In this document: positions 62,761-64,000 of the stretch, one piece after another
How positions within the stretch are numbered: the stretch's first letter is position 1
Layout: each line of letters opens with the position of its first letter
Origin: an uncultured delta proteobacterium
GTDB lineage: Bacteria > Desulfobacterota > Desulfomonilia > UBA1062
Length of the DNA stretch: 64,000 bases
Direction of reading: 5' to 3'
Assembly: GCA_963785235.1 (NCBI GenBank)
Contig: CAWAUM010000012.1
Span: 224,001-288,000 of the forward strand
Program-made: the position numbers and the translations under genes
The notes under the pieces: generated by a model
Database searches by the model: none
What the model was told of the DNA's origin: nothing
Seen by the model: only the letters and a program-made list of their open reading frames with translations

Positions 62761-62955
62761 GGGCGTTTCGAAGCAAGGTCAGACCATCCCTGACAATTCC
62801 GAACAGCTCATTCCTGATCATAAGCCCAAAATGCCAGTGAATCCGGATGTTGGGTTCAAGAGGCGTAATAATTTCATGGTAACTATGAGTATTTTGCTTA
62901 AAACCACCTGAAGCACATAGAGTATTTATGGGTACATTCAATCACAGAATCCAAG

Positions 62956-64000
62956 TTAAATGCACCCCTCGAAAACCCTGATGGACAACTGTATGGCCTG
63001 AAGCCCTGCCGGGGTCATACCTTCTATAAGTGAGGCCTGTCCGAGCGTTACAGGACGTATCTCGGCAAGTCTGCATTTAAGCTCGTTGGATAATCCCTGA
63101 ACATCTGCATAGTCGAGGCCTGAGGGAACCTTTATGCGCGCCAGTTCCTTGTGCCGGCCAATCTCCTTGAGCTGCCTGTCAATATAACCTTCATATTTGA
63201 TCCCCACCTCGGTCTCTATCTCTGCAAGGGGTGATGTCGCGGGCAACACCTTATACCGCTTAAAGTCCTTTAAGGTTGCCTCAGGTCTCTTGAGCAGCCG
63301 CTCAAGGGTGATACGCTCCTGGTCGCTCCCCCGGGTTGGGGCAAACTCACTCATATCCTTGGGGAGGATGACCGTGGTCTTTTGCAGATAATCCCGTAAC
63401 GAGGTAATCTCGGTTTCTATCTCATGAATCCGTTCAAAGCGCTCCTTGCCGATGAGTCCCAGCCTTAAGGCATCATGGCTGAGCCTGAAAACGGCATTGG
63501 TCTCCCTGAGCATGAGCCGGTACTCGGCCCGGGATGTAAACATGCGGTAAGGCTCTGACGTTCCCCTGGTAACCAGGTCGTCGATCATGACAGCAATGTA
63601 GGCCTGGGACCTCTCCAGAATAAAAGGCTCTTTGCCCATGATGGCCAAGGCGGCATTGATGCCTGCCATAATTCCCTGTCCTGCAGCCTCTTCATAACCC
63701 GAGGTACCGTTGACCTGGCCTGCCAGATAGAGACCTTTCACCCTCTTGGTTTCCAGGGTTTGCAGGAGCTGGGTAGGCAATATATATTCATACTCAATGG
63801 CATATGCCGGCCTGACGATCTCCGCATTCTCAAGTCCTGGAACCGATCGCACTATCTCCCACTGGAGCTCTACGGGCAGGCTGTTTCCCAGGCCCGATGC
63901 ATATACCTCCTTGGTATTGATGCCCTCGGGTTCAATGATGACCTGGTGCCCACCTCTCTCGCCGAACCGCATGACCTTGTCCTCCAGGGATGGGCAATAC
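62956..64000 (-). CDS. mnmG: tRNA modification enzyme MnmG (5'-partial)
   Basis: [44 protein letters not shown]. Confidence 0.96.
   Translation of the reverse strand, partial: YCPSLEDKVMRFGERGGHQVIIEPEGINTKEVYASGLGNSLPVELQWEIVRSVPGLENAEIVRPAYAIEYEYILPTQLLQTLETKRVKGLYLAGQVNGTSGYEEAAGQGIMAGINAALAIMGKEPFILERSQAYIAVMIDDLVTRGTSEPYRMFTSRAEYRLMLRETNAVFRLSHDALRLGLIGKERFERIHEIETEITSLRDYLQKTTVILPKDMSEFAPTRGSDQERITLERLLKRPEATLKDFKRYKVLPATSPLAEIETEVGIKYEGYIDRQLKEIGRHKELARIKVPSGLDYADVQGLSNELKCRLAEIRPVTLGQASLIEGMTPAGLQAIQLSIRVFEGCI

Overview
Mostly core-genome DNA from what looks like an anaerobic delta-proteobacterial (Desulfobacterota-like) organism; the taxonomy is inferred from gene content only. It carries acyl-CoA dehydrogenases, an OYE-nitroreductase-rlmB-fdhD-thioesterase run, two PEP-CTERM genes beside prsK/prsR, priA, tRNA-Ser, a full trpEGDCFBA operon with a Trp-Trp-Trp attenuator, fbp-fba-rpoZ-dnaJ, a TolC/MacAB-type exporter, hrcA-grpE-dnaK with a CIRCE, argS-SPOR-wecB, a 1407-aa kexin-like protease, corC-lnt-prfB, a MoxR/VWA pair, tRNA-Arg, rlmN and mnmG. 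The top candidate for an unexpected system is a compact four-gene operon (11350-14050, minus): HEAT-repeat protein, PomZ-like ParA ATPase, coiled-coil protein with a PomX-like N-terminal peptide, and an extra 77-aa coiled-coil protein. It looks like a miniaturised Myxococcus-type PomXYZ division-positioning system in an apparently non-myxobacterial genome. Other highlights: a readable sigma54/PrsR cis-regulatory grammar (TGT-N11-ACA boxes upstream of both PEP-CTERM genes, over the prsK -35, and inside the PEP-CTERM terminators); a candidate Cys-Gln thioester domain in a PEP-CTERM protein; a 3'-truncated RmInt1-like group II intron whose EBS1/EBS2 still pair with the flanking exon; and a REP doublet that supplies the stop codons of two convergent genes. 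About 13 single-base indels break otherwise intact genes (priA, trpC, efflux operon, wecB) and are probably assembly errors. All family assignments come from motif recognition and recall; no database searches were run.
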